Virus record (IMG/VR): IMGVR_UViG_3300027659_000011
Location: 32,001 to 96,000 of that record
Length of the DNA: 64,000 bases
Direction: 5' to 3' (one strand)
Origin: a virus
Under the pieces are notes generated by a model, which had not been told where the DNA came from, did no database searches, and saw nothing but the letters and a program-made list of their open reading frames with translations. The position numbers and the translations under genes are program-made. Every line of letters begins with the position of its first letter. Position 1 is the first letter of the stretch. This document shows, piece by piece, positions 41,467 to 50,973 of the stretch.

Positions 41467-43248
41467 ATGTCTAATATTGCTCTTAAAAAATCTTCAGTAA
41501 GTGGCAGAGTGCCTCTTATTGGAGATCTAGCGTATGGGGAACTTGCGCTTAACTATGCAGATGGATTACTGTATTTTAAAAATTCTGTTAATCAAATAAA
41601 AGCTTTTAAGTCTAAAGGATTAGAAGTATCCAGTATTACTGGAACTACTCAAGGCACACCTTTTACAGAAGTAACAAGATTAGTATTTGATGAAGACACA
41701 GGGTTTAATTTAACTGAATTGTCTGCTGGCGTAGTTAAGGTTGCATTAGGTTCTACATTTAAAACCTGGAAAATAACAGGGCAAAGTGATTTAGTAGCTG
41801 TAGGTGAAGATACCATACAAATTGTAGCTGGTACAGGAATATCTCTTACCACAGATCCAAATTCAGCAATAAAAAAATTAACAATTAGTTCCACTGTCAG
41901 CGCAACCACAACAGAATTTGCTTTTCAAAATGTAGGCTTTAACTACTCAGTTACTGGATTTGATGATACTACGTATCCCACACTAACTTTAGTTAGGGGA
42001 GAGTTATACTACTTTAATTTTACTAATGTTAACAGCACTCATCCGATTGCATTGAGATTAGACAGCGGTAGTGTTTCTCCAGTACCTGGTACTACAGGAA
42101 ATAACCCTACTTCAGGGGTTTACGGAAATGGTACAACATCAACAATAGTAGCATATCAAGTACCTCTTGATGCGCCTGCAGTAATATACTATCAATGCGT
42201 ATTCCACTCTGGAATGATTGGTGAAATTAACATTATTGGTGGTGGTAGTGTAAGATCAACCAGTGTGGTAAGTGCCAACGGTTTCGCAGGAACAGTAGCA
42301 ACAAGTACTACAACACCAGCTATTACAATTACCACTAGTATAAATGGTATACTAAAAGGTAATGGTACCGCATTATTATCTGCCTCAAGTGGTGTTGATT
42401 ATGCTCCTGGTACTAGTACACTAGCAACTGGTATTATTAAAAGTACAACTGCTACAGGTGTATTGACAATTGCTGCTGCAGGAACTGACTATCAGGCTCC
42501 AATAGGCACAATTACAGGATTAGTTAAAGGTAATGGAGCAAATGCTCTTACTTCTGCTATAGCCGGTACTGATTATCAGATTCCAATAGGCACAATTACA
42601 GGATTAGTTAAAGGTAATGGAGCAAATGCCCTTACTGCTGCTATAGCTGGTACTGATTATCAGTCAGCACAGAGTGTTAGTGGTATTGTAAAGTCAAGCG
42701 GTACAACCCGTTCAGCAGCAATAAGTGGCGTTGATTATGCCCCTGGTACTAGCACACTAGCAACTGGTATTATTAAAAGTATAACTGCTACAGGTGCATT
42801 AACAATTGCTAGTGCAGGGACTGATTATCAAGCTCCAGTGAGTGTTACAGGTATTTTAAAAAGTAGTGGTGTAAGCGGTAATGTTAGTGCGGCTATAGCC
42901 GGTACAGATTATCAAACACCTATTACATTAACTACAATTGGATCAAGCGGTGCAGCTAGTTTAATTGGTAATATTTTAAATATACCGCAGTACTCAGGAG
43001 GTAGCAGTGGTGGTTTAGCTGATGCATTTAGCACTTTAGCAGTTAATGGGCAAACAAGTTTAGTAGCAACAGGACAATCAACGTTACAAATTGTTGCAGG
43101 ACCTGGTATTATAATTAATACTAATAACGCAATAAGTCCAAAAAGTTTAACATTAACAAGTACACTTCAAGGGATCAATTTAGATGGCGGACGCCCTGAT
43201 TCTGTTTATGGTGGTTCACCCTTAATTGATGGTGGGGGAGTAATTTAA
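41467..43248 (+). CDS. Fibre-like protein with cupredoxin-like domain and AGTDYQ repeats
   Basis: IALKKSSV.GRVP...GELALNYADG.LYFKN N-terminus; HP...YYQCVFHSGM; repeated G.(L/V)KG.G...A.AGTDY units. Confidence 0.65.
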   Translation: MSNIALKKSSVSGRVPLIGDLAYGELALNYADGLLYFKNSVNQIKAFKSKGLEVSSITGTTQGTPFTEVTRLVFDEDTGFNLTELSAGVVKVALGSTFKTWKITGQSDLVAVGEDTIQIVAGTGISLTTDPNSAIKKLTISSTVSATTTEFAFQNVGFNYSVTGFDDTTYPTLTLVRGELYYFNFTNVNSTHPIALRLDSGSVSPVPGTTGNNPTSGVYGNGTTSTIVAYQVPLDAPAVIYYQCVFHSGMIGEINIIGGGSVRSTSVVSANGFAGTVATSTTTPAITITTSINGILKGNGTALLSASSGVDYAPGTSTLATGIIKSTTATGVLTIAAAGTDYQAPIGTITGLVKGNGANALTSAIAGTDYQIPIGTITGLVKGNGANALTAAIAGTDYQSAQSVSGIVKSSGTTRSAAISGVDYAPGTSTLATGIIKSITATGALTIASAGTDYQAPVSVTGILKSSGVSGNVSAAIAGTDYQTPITLTTIGSSGAASLIGNILNIPQYSGGSSGGLADAFSTLAVNGQTSLVATGQSTLQIVAGPGIIINTNNAISPKSLTLTSTLQGINLDGGRPDSVYGGSPLIDGGGVI

Positions 43249-44705
43249 TGGCAATTCAGGTTCAACTAAGACGCGGCACTGCAGCACAATGGTTTAGTGT
43301 CAACCCTATTCTTCAAGAAGGTGAGCTTTGCGTAGAATTAGATACACAAAAGTTTAAGATTGGTAATGGAATATTAGCTTGGAACTCCTTACCGTATGCT
43401 TCAGGGCCACTAGGTGCTACTGGTATACAAGGTCCACAAGGTAATGATGGTAACTTTGGCGGTTCATCGTTTGACTATACATTTGTTACTGATACAACAG
43501 ATAGTGATCCTGGAGTAGGAAAATTAAAACTCAATAATGTTGCACTAAATCTTGCAACAATAATGTGGATTGACGATGTAAGTGATACTGCCGTAGATAT
43601 TCAGGAATATTTAAGAACTATTGATAATTCTTCTTCTACTATAAAAGGTCACTTTAGAATTTCTAAGAAACTTAATGCTCAGGCATTTGCATTATTCGCA
43701 ATATCTTCAATTAACGAAGGCGAAGGGTTTTTTCGTATAAATTCTTCTTTTGTTAGTGCAAGTGTTAATAGCCCTTTTGCAAATCTTGATGATGTAATTA
43801 TTACTTTTGCTAGAACGGGTCTTCAAGGTGCTCAAGGTATTCAAGGTCCTCAAGGTAGTCAAGGTCTTCAGGGTTATTCAGGTGCAACAGGTCCACAAGG
43901 TATTCAAGGTATTCAAGGTATTCAAGGTGTCAAAGGTGATCAAGGTATACAAGGACCTATAGGTAACGGATTTCCTTTTATAATCACTACTAGAAATTAT
44001 ACCGCAGATGGTACTACAGCTACATTTGCTGTATCTGCAAATTTAGGAGCTAATAATTTATTAGTAACTGTTAATAATTCAATATTAAGACCCGCTATTG
44101 ATTATACGGTTTTTAATAATAATATAGGCTTTACAGTAACCCCTACTAATGGAAGTCTAATTGTAATTAGAGAAATGCTTGGTGATGGCCCTCAAGGCGC
44201 TACAGGTAATGCCTCAATAGTACCAGGACCTCAAGGCTCCGTAGGACCTCAAGGCGATAACGGAGCAACTGGACCACAGGGTGCTACAGGTGCTCCTTCA
44301 ATAGTACCAGGTGCTACAGGTACAATAGGTGCCACAGGTACAATAGGTGCCACAGGTATCATAGGGGCAACAGGAGTACAGGGTATTCAAGGACCAATTG
44401 GTCCAGTAGGTACTACTCCCTACAGCATGGTAACAGAAGCTTTTACAGCAAATGGAAGTACAAATACTTTTACAATTAATCCTAACTTAACTGCTAATAC
44501 TATTTTTGTGTTAGTTAATGGTGTAGTATTAAGACCTATTACTGATTATACCGTTTCTGGAACTACTTTAACAATTATTTCTCCGACACTAAATAGTGGA
44601 GCTCAGATAGTTGTCCGAGAGCTATTAGGTGACTCAGTAAGTGCTGAATCAATAGCACAAACTGCCACAGATTTAGCAATTGTAATGGCAATTGCACTAG
44701 GATAA
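43248..44705 (+). CDS. Fibre protein with Mtd-N/hyaluronidase-N-like domain and collagen segments
   Basis: MAIQVQLRRGTAAQW...NPIL.EGE...DT.KFKIGNG..AWNSLPY; GPQ/GIQ triplets; two TA.G.T.TF...V.VN..LRP..DYTV domains; ends AIVMAIALG. Confidence 0.7.
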   Translation: MAIQVQLRRGTAAQWFSVNPILQEGELCVELDTQKFKIGNGILAWNSLPYASGPLGATGIQGPQGNDGNFGGSSFDYTFVTDTTDSDPGVGKLKLNNVALNLATIMWIDDVSDTAVDIQEYLRTIDNSSSTIKGHFRISKKLNAQAFALFAISSINEGEGFFRINSSFVSASVNSPFANLDDVIITFARTGLQGAQGIQGPQGSQGLQGYSGATGPQGIQGIQGIQGVKGDQGIQGPIGNGFPFIITTRNYTADGTTATFAVSANLGANNLLVTVNNSILRPAIDYTVFNNNIGFTVTPTNGSLIVIREMLGDGPQGATGNASIVPGPQGSVGPQGDNGATGPQGATGAPSIVPGATGTIGATGTIGATGIIGATGVQGIQGPIGPVGTTPYSMVTEAFTANGSTNTFTINPNLTANTIFVLVNGVVLRPITDYTVSGTTLTIISPTLNSGAQIVVRELLGDSVSAESIAQTATDLAIVMAIALG

Positions 44706-44708
44706 AAT

Positions 44709-45029
44709 ATGGCAACAACATTTATAAATGCAATTTCAAAATCTGTAGGTTCTACTGAAGTAATTAATTTTACTGCTACCGATAAGTCAATTATTATTGG
44801 AGGTAATTTAACTAACCTTCTTACTACTTCAGTACCTGTTAGTGTAATACTTCGCAGAGGCATTGAAGATACTTATCTTCAAAAGAATAAACGTATTGAG
44901 GCAGGTAATGCTTTTGAAATATTCAAAGGTAATAAACTAGTACTCGCAGCAGGGGATAAATTAATTATCTCTTCTGGCATGGCAGCCAGTATAGACGCTG
45001 TATTTTCTATATTACAGGGAGTAGCATAA
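44709..45029 (+). CDS. Small virion structural protein
   Basis: MATTF.N...VG...SIIIG.NL.N...GNKLVL.AGD.L pattern, recalled from aquatic phage fibre clusters. Confidence 0.5.
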   Translation: MATTFINAISKSVGSTEVINFTATDKSIIIGGNLTNLLTTSVPVSVILRRGIEDTYLQKNKRIEAGNAFEIFKGNKLVLAAGDKLIISSGMAASIDAVFSILQGVA

Positions 45030-45298
45030 TGGCTGGAACTTTTGAACCAGATACTTTCCTTGATACAGCTACAGAAATAGCTGACAAGGTATTTTACGGT
45101 TTTAATTTTAATCCCACAACTGGGAAATTATACGTTGATATTCTGGATGGCAATGAGCCTGTTACTCTGCCTCAACCAGTATATAACATAGATAGAAATC
45201 AATACCAAGCATGGTTTTGGTCAAAGAATAGCGTACTATTTTACTGGGGTGACAATAGTACAGTATGGAAAAATAAATTATTAATGAGGCTTCTATAA
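45029..45298 (+). CDS. Hypothetical protein
   Basis: 89-aa ORF with TAATG overlaps on both sides. Confidence 0.55.
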   Translation: MAGTFEPDTFLDTATEIADKVFYGFNFNPTTGKLYVDILDGNEPVTLPQPVYNIDRNQYQAWFWSKNSVLFYWGDNSTVWKNKLLMRLL

Positions 45299-48174
45299 TG
45301 GGACAAATTCTTGACTTAGGAAAATTACGCCTATCTTTTCAAGGCAACTGGTCGTCAACTACTATATATGAATATAACGACTGTGTTCGCTACGGTGGTA
45401 ATGTTTATGTTTACGTGTACCCTGTTAATGAAGCCGGACGTATACCAACTCTTACCAATTTTTGGTCTTTGTTGGTAGAAGGTATAAAATTTACAGGTGT
45501 ATATAGCGCTTCAACAGCTTATAAAGTTGGTGATGGTATTGCATATGGTGGTAGAGTGTATATTGCTATTGCTGATGGCACTAACAACACCCCTCCTAAT
45601 CTTACATATTGGTCTCAGTTTGCTGACGGTATTCAATATGAAGCTACCTATTCAGACGCAACTACATACCAAAAAAATGACGTTGTAACATATGGTGGAT
45701 CAGCATATATATCTAAAATAGATACCACTGGAAATAATCCTATAAATACAACATATTGGGATAAACTAGTAGATGGTATATCTTTTGCAGGAACATGGAG
45801 TTCAGCAACAGCTTATGCTGCAGGAAGAATTGTCAGCTATGGTGCTAATACTTTTAAAGCAACCACTAATTCAACTAACCAATTACCTACAGTAGCTAAT
45901 GGTAGTTTGAATTCCGCATACTGGGAAGTATTTACGGAAGGTTTCCGTACAAAAGGTACTTGGACAACTACTACTGAATACTTTATAAATGATATTGTTA
46001 TTCGTGGTGGAACAACCTATGTATGTCTTTTAAGACACCAAGCCTCAACTTTTGCCACAGATTTAAGTGCTTCTAGATGGGCCAGATTTGCGAGCGGTAT
46101 TCAGTGGAAAGCTGCTTGGACAGCTACTACAGTTTATGTTAAAGATGACGTTATTAAAAGTGCAACAGGTAGTGTTTACATAGCTGCTCAAGATCACACT
46201 GCTGGTTCAGATTTTACTGTTGATTTTGCAGCTGGTAAATGGCAAGAATTTGTAGTTGGTGCTTCAGATTTATTGCCTGCTCTTGAAGCAGGAGATGCTG
46301 GTAGAAGTTTAACAGTTAATGCTGCCGGTAACGGCGTAGACTGGATAGGAGCTACTGAAAGTCTTAATGTAAGATATGTAGCCCCACATGGAACAGACAC
46401 AGCAGCTAGCGGTAAAAATAAATCTACTCCTTATGCTTCTATTCGATATGCTTGTGATAATATTGGCAATAATGGTGGTACAATTTTTGTTAGTACAGGT
46501 ATTTATAACGAACAATTACCTATAACAGTTCCAGCAAACGTAGCTATTGTTGGAGATAACCAACGTACTGTAGTTGTTCAGCCTAAATCTGGAAACAGCG
46601 ATGACGGGTCTGTTTTAAACATTAACTCTTCTATGTTTTTTATGAACGATGGTTCTATTTTAAACAGAATGACGTTTAAGGGTATGACTGGCTGGGTTCC
46701 TGGAACTACTGCTGCAGACATTACAACTTCGACTATAAGAGGCGTAGTAGTAAGATTAAATCCTAGTGCCCCTATATTGTTTAAATCTCCTTATGTATTA
46801 GAATGTTCTTTTATTGGATCTGGTGCTGTTGCCGCCCTAGTTGATGGCAGTGTTAATGCACAGGGTAATAAGAGTATGATATTCCATGCGTTTACTGTTA
46901 TTAATGATAATGGTGTAGGTTTTTGGGTAAAAGATGGCGGTAAAGCTGAAATTGTTAGTTGTTTTACTTACTATAACTATTTTGGATACAGTGCTAGCGG
47001 TGGTGGATTTATTCGCTCACTTAATGGTAACAACAGCTACGGGACCTGGGGAGCAACCAGCCGAGGATTTTTAGCAGGTGAAACACCTGTAACTGGTAGT
47101 GTATTTGGGCAACAAATAAACTTCTTGTACCAAGGCGGCAACATTGCAGTAGGCGATACAGTTACTAATACTGCTACAGCTGCTACAGCCACAGTAACTA
47201 ATGTACAGGCTAATGCTAATAAAGTTTATGTTACTGGTGCTAGTGGAACATTTACACTAGGTAATCCACTAACATTTACAAGTGGCGGTACGGGTGTTGT
47301 AAGTGCCGGTGCTTTAGAGGATCAAAAAGGATTTATACTAGTAGTAACAGGTTTAGCTACTTTACCTAATCCTGGAGCCTCTATTACTATTGCAGGCGAT
47401 ACAATTAGTTATGTTATACAAAGTGTAACAGGTACTTATGTAGATGCTACAAGTAAAATAGCTATAGTATTAGCTCAAGAAAAACCCACTGGAAGTCCAA
47501 GTGGTTCTTCTGTTACAATAAGATATAAATATTCACAAATTCGTTTAACAGGACATGACTTTTTAAGTATTGGTACGGGTGGAACAACTACTACTAATTA
47601 TCCAAATACTCCTACTCAACCAAGTGCTCAAGGTAATGAAGTTGATGAGGCATACCCTGGTCGTGTTTACTTTGTGTCTACTGACCAAGATGGTAATTTC
47701 CGCGTAGGTGAGTACTTCCGTATTGATCAAGCCACTGGTAGAGCAACTCTAAATGCTAGTGCCTTTGATTTAGCAGGTTTAACTAGTTTAAAACTAGGAT
47801 CAATTGGAGCACAGTTAGGAGAACTAATTAATGAGTTTTCAAGTGACGGCACTCTAAGTGGTAATTCGAATACTGCAGTACCTACTGAATTTGCTGTAAA
47901 AACTTATGTAGATAATAACGCAGGGGATAAAACTGTTAATTATACCAGTGTCAGTAATGTTGTTTATAGCACTATCAACGGTGCTCCAAGAGTAACCCAG
48001 ATAGCAGATACTACTGGCGTTACTATTAGTAATGTTACTTATGATATCATTGGTCTAGTGATACCACAAACTGTAGTAAAAACTTACCAAGAAGTAAAAC
48101 AAGGGGTTACAAAATCAGTTACCCTTACATACAATGATGCTGATTCTAGCATACGGACTATTACAGTGGTTTAA
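45298..48174 (+). CDS. Large structural protein with aromatic (CBM5/12-like) repeats and beta-helix-like region
   Basis: About six W...T.Y...D.V.YGG..Y repeats; YVAPHGTD...PYASIRYA...TIFVSTGIYNEQLPI start typical of pectin-lyase-like folds; STDQDGNFRVG C-terminal motif. Confidence 0.6.
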   Translation: MGQILDLGKLRLSFQGNWSSTTIYEYNDCVRYGGNVYVYVYPVNEAGRIPTLTNFWSLLVEGIKFTGVYSASTAYKVGDGIAYGGRVYIAIADGTNNTPPNLTYWSQFADGIQYEATYSDATTYQKNDVVTYGGSAYISKIDTTGNNPINTTYWDKLVDGISFAGTWSSATAYAAGRIVSYGANTFKATTNSTNQLPTVANGSLNSAYWEVFTEGFRTKGTWTTTTEYFINDIVIRGGTTYVCLLRHQASTFATDLSASRWARFASGIQWKAAWTATTVYVKDDVIKSATGSVYIAAQDHTAGSDFTVDFAAGKWQEFVVGASDLLPALEAGDAGRSLTVNAAGNGVDWIGATESLNVRYVAPHGTDTAASGKNKSTPYASIRYACDNIGNNGGTIFVSTGIYNEQLPITVPANVAIVGDNQRTVVVQPKSGNSDDGSVLNINSSMFFMNDGSILNRMTFKGMTGWVPGTTAADITTSTIRGVVVRLNPSAPILFKSPYVLECSFIGSGAVAALVDGSVNAQGNKSMIFHAFTVINDNGVGFWVKDGGKAEIVSCFTYYNYFGYSASGGGFIRSLNGNNSYGTWGATSRGFLAGETPVTGSVFGQQINFLYQGGNIAVGDTVTNTATAATATVTNVQANANKVYVTGASGTFTLGNPLTFTSGGTGVVSAGALEDQKGFILVVTGLATLPNPGASITIAGDTISYVIQSVTGTYVDATSKIAIVLAQEKPTGSPSGSSVTIRYKYSQIRLTGHDFLSIGTGGTTTTNYPNTPTQPSAQGNEVDEAYPGRVYFVSTDQDGNFRVGEYFRIDQATGRATLNASAFDLAGLTSLKLGSIGAQLGELINEFSSDGTLSGNSNTAVPTEFAVKTYVDNNAGDKTVNYTSVSNVVYSTINGAPRVTQIADTTGVTISNVTYDIIGLVIPQTVVKTYQEVKQGVTKSVTLTYNDADSSIRTITVV

Positions 48175-48184
48175 GGAATTAAAT

Positions 48185-49168
48185 ATGTCAGATATATTAT
48201 TACATAACGCTATCGCTAAAGGAACTAGAGATATGCGTGTAAATCTCTTAGGGGCGCCAACAGAACTTGCACCCCTATTAAATAATCCTAACTGCTATCC
48301 TATATGGGCATCTTTGCCACCAAAAATACCTACACCCGCAGGTAATTTGTGCGTATATGATGCAGGTGCGTTTTTTAGAGGTGGAGGTACCTGTACTTGG
48401 ACAGTACCTGCAGGTATTACAAAGGCACGATTTGAACTTTGGGGTGCTGGAGCAGGTAGCCAAGGAGGCAATTGTTGTAGCCATGGACCAATAGGTAACT
48501 CAGGATCTTATGCTAGTGTTTGCATGACGGTTACTCCAGGAACCGCCTATGTGCTATGTGCAGGTGCTGCAAGCACAGTAGTATCATGCTGTGAAGTAAG
48601 TTGTGATATTAGTGGATGCCCTAGTTATGTTACTGGTCCAGGTTTAACAAATTTTTGTGCTCTGGGTGGTTGTGCTAATCTGTTGTATACTATGTGCCAA
48701 ATAGGTAATGTAACAGCCGTTGCTAATAACAGATACGCTGGTCATGGATATGGTTGGGGTAGTACCGGTGTACAGATCTGCGGAGATGGATTTGGTGCTA
48801 TGCGAAATAGTAGTACTAGGACTTTTGGTGTATTGCGTAGAGACTTTTTACGTGCAACAAGCTTTTTTGGTACTGCTACTAACGCCACAGTTTATGGTCT
48901 TAAAAGCCAAAATGCAGCTATGATGGCTCAGTATGATATGTATGGTTGCGTTTGTACATACTCATTACCATTACCAAGTGGAGCAATGAGTCCAATTGTA
49001 TGCGAGAGCTTTTCCAGCGGTACTTGTCAAGGTAGTCGTTGTGCGGCTTGCCTTGGTTATGCTTTAATTCCTGGGCACGGAGGATGGTGGACTAATATCC
49101 AGGGAGGCTCCACAAATGGTACAGGTGATTGGGGTCGCACTGGCATGGTAAAAGTTAGTTGGGCATAA
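48185..49168 (+). CDS. Cys/Gly-rich protein (WTVP-type glycine-rich virion domain)
   Basis: CTWTVPAGITKARFELWGAGAG...CC; about 21 Cys; start moved to ATG 48185 (AAGGA RBS). Confidence 0.6.
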   Translation: MSDILLHNAIAKGTRDMRVNLLGAPTELAPLLNNPNCYPIWASLPPKIPTPAGNLCVYDAGAFFRGGGTCTWTVPAGITKARFELWGAGAGSQGGNCCSHGPIGNSGSYASVCMTVTPGTAYVLCAGAASTVVSCCEVSCDISGCPSYVTGPGLTNFCALGGCANLLYTMCQIGNVTAVANNRYAGHGYGWGSTGVQICGDGFGAMRNSSTRTFGVLRRDFLRATSFFGTATNATVYGLKSQNAAMMAQYDMYGCVCTYSLPLPSGAMSPIVCESFSSGTCQGSRCAACLGYALIPGHGGWWTNIQGGSTNGTGDWGRTGMVKVSWA

Positions 49169-49178
49169 GGTATAAATC

Positions 49179-49844
49179 ATGGAAAAAACTTTAACAATAA
49201 AAATACCCAACAAACTTTGGGTAAATGACTTTTCAGAAAATAAAACTGCTGATTTTACATACTCAGGACCAGACAAAGTATGGTTTTTAATTGAAAAAAC
49301 AGACATTAGCGTATTTGTTAATCCCGTTACACATCTAACAGAACCACAAGTACGTGAAAATGAAGTTGCAGTAGCCGTTGAAATAGCTACTGCAACTGAA
49401 GCTGAATTAGCCGCAGCAATTATTTTACAACCAGAGTCAACACCTTATGTATACACTCATACTAAACAAGTAAACTATGATGGAAGCGTATATTATAAAA
49501 TAGCTAATCCTAAGCTAAAAGATTATTACAGTGTGGCAAGCAGCCCCGTAGGTGATTTATCTTTAGCATTAGTAGCAAAAGATACACTAAATCCTAATCT
49601 AATGCCTGCAATAAAGAAACAGCAGCTAATAGAAAAGTACCTAGCAGATCACGAGTTTGATACAGAAGATCGTACAAAAATAGAAGCACTTTTAGTAATT
49701 ATTTCAGATTATGTAACTAAAAATAGAACAGCGTATCCTTGGGAATTTATTAATATTCCAAATGATATTCCTGAAATACCCCCTGAGCTAATGGCTTTAT
49801 TTAATACATTACCTCCTGCAGCAGCTTTACCTGCTGAAGTATAA
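49179..49844 (+). CDS. Hypothetical protein, possible fibre chaperone
   Basis: 221 aa between the two Cys-rich paralogues; Pro-rich YPW...P..P C-terminus. Confidence 0.45.
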   Translation: MEKTLTIKIPNKLWVNDFSENKTADFTYSGPDKVWFLIEKTDISVFVNPVTHLTEPQVRENEVAVAVEIATATEAELAAAIILQPESTPYVYTHTKQVNYDGSVYYKIANPKLKDYYSVASSPVGDLSLALVAKDTLNPNLMPAIKKQQLIEKYLADHEFDTEDRTKIEALLVIISDYVTKNRTAYPWEFINIPNDIPEIPPELMALFNTLPPAAALPAEV

Positions 49845-49859
49845 ACTTAAGGAACAAAG

Positions 49860-50945
49860 ATGAGTGATATATTAACAAGTTCAGCAATGATTGAAAATCA
49901 AAAAACTTTGGTAAACTATTTAAGTTCGCTAGGGGGAAGCGGTTTGCCAACACTAACAACTGATGCTGGTTTTAGAGGTGTTACAGGAACTTTAACAGGT
50001 TGGCCTCTTTTACAAACTAAAAATTGGTGTTGTATTCCGCTTAATGCAGGGGTCTCTCTGCCTGTAGATGCTTGGAAATGCTGGGTTAGTCCGAACATTG
50101 AAATTCGAACAAATGGTTTTAAAGTATGTAATACTGATGGAAGCTATTGGAGATGCGATGCTAGTTGTACGTGGACCGTACCTGCAGGCGTAACTAGTGC
50201 TCAATTTCAAATATGGGGCCCTGGAGGCGGTAATAGTGGGCAATGTTGCTGCGGAGGTGCTCCTTTTGGACCAAGCGGTGCATATATGCTAGCAAAAATG
50301 AATGTAACTGCTGGTGACGTGTTTACACTGTGCGCAGGATGTGCATATTGTTGTTATGCTGATCAAACAACTCCAGGACTTAATGGTTCACCTAGTTATA
50401 TTACTGGCCCAGGCATAAGTATTTGCGCTACAGCTGGTAGAGGGTGTACAAGTTGCTGGTCTAAAGATGTTGGTCAGTTAACAAATGCTAATAATATTTG
50501 GTATCCATCGCAGGATGGTTGTGCTGCTACCTCGTGCTCAGGATTTAATTTCTGTTGGGATACTAGTGATGACAACAACTATGTGCCTCATGCTTTCTCC
50601 GAAAACGCTCAGTGGTGTGTAAAATGTGCTGATACAGCCAAAAATCAAACCTACTGGGGCGTACAAGGACTATGGCCTGCAATGGCTCTAGGTTCAAGCA
50701 TCAGCAGTTGTTTTCATTCAATATCTACACCCGTGGTTGGCTTTGAAGAGTGTACCCTAGAATTTAATTTCCCTAGTGGTTCTAGTTGTCAAGGTGGAGG
50801 ATTTGGCGGATGTTATTGGGGTGGTCCTAGTGGAAGCCTTCGTATTCCTGGAGCAGGCGGAATGGCATTAGCAATGGTCGGAGGTGGTGCCGCCATAGGT
50901 GGAGATAGTGGACGATTTGGTATGGTTTGTGTTAGTTGGAATTAA
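49860..50945 (+). CDS. Cys/Gly-rich protein, paralogue of 48185-49168
   Basis: CTWTVPAGVTSAQFQIWGPGGG...CCC; about 26 Cys; both end G..GR.GMV.VSW. Confidence 0.6.
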   Translation: MSDILTSSAMIENQKTLVNYLSSLGGSGLPTLTTDAGFRGVTGTLTGWPLLQTKNWCCIPLNAGVSLPVDAWKCWVSPNIEIRTNGFKVCNTDGSYWRCDASCTWTVPAGVTSAQFQIWGPGGGNSGQCCCGGAPFGPSGAYMLAKMNVTAGDVFTLCAGCAYCCYADQTTPGLNGSPSYITGPGISICATAGRGCTSCWSKDVGQLTNANNIWYPSQDGCAATSCSGFNFCWDTSDDNNYVPHAFSENAQWCVKCADTAKNQTYWGVQGLWPAMALGSSISSCFHSISTPVVGFEECTLEFNFPSGSSCQGGGFGGCYWGGPSGSLRIPGAGGMALAMVGGGAAIGGDSGRFGMVCVSWN

Positions 50946-50973
50946 AGAAAAACAAAATTAATAATAATTATTT

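Noticed and set aside
43248-44705. Diversity-generating retroelement suggested by the Mtd-N-like domain
   Set aside because: No reverse transcriptase, no C-type-lectin variable region and no adenine-specific TR/VR pair seen in the window
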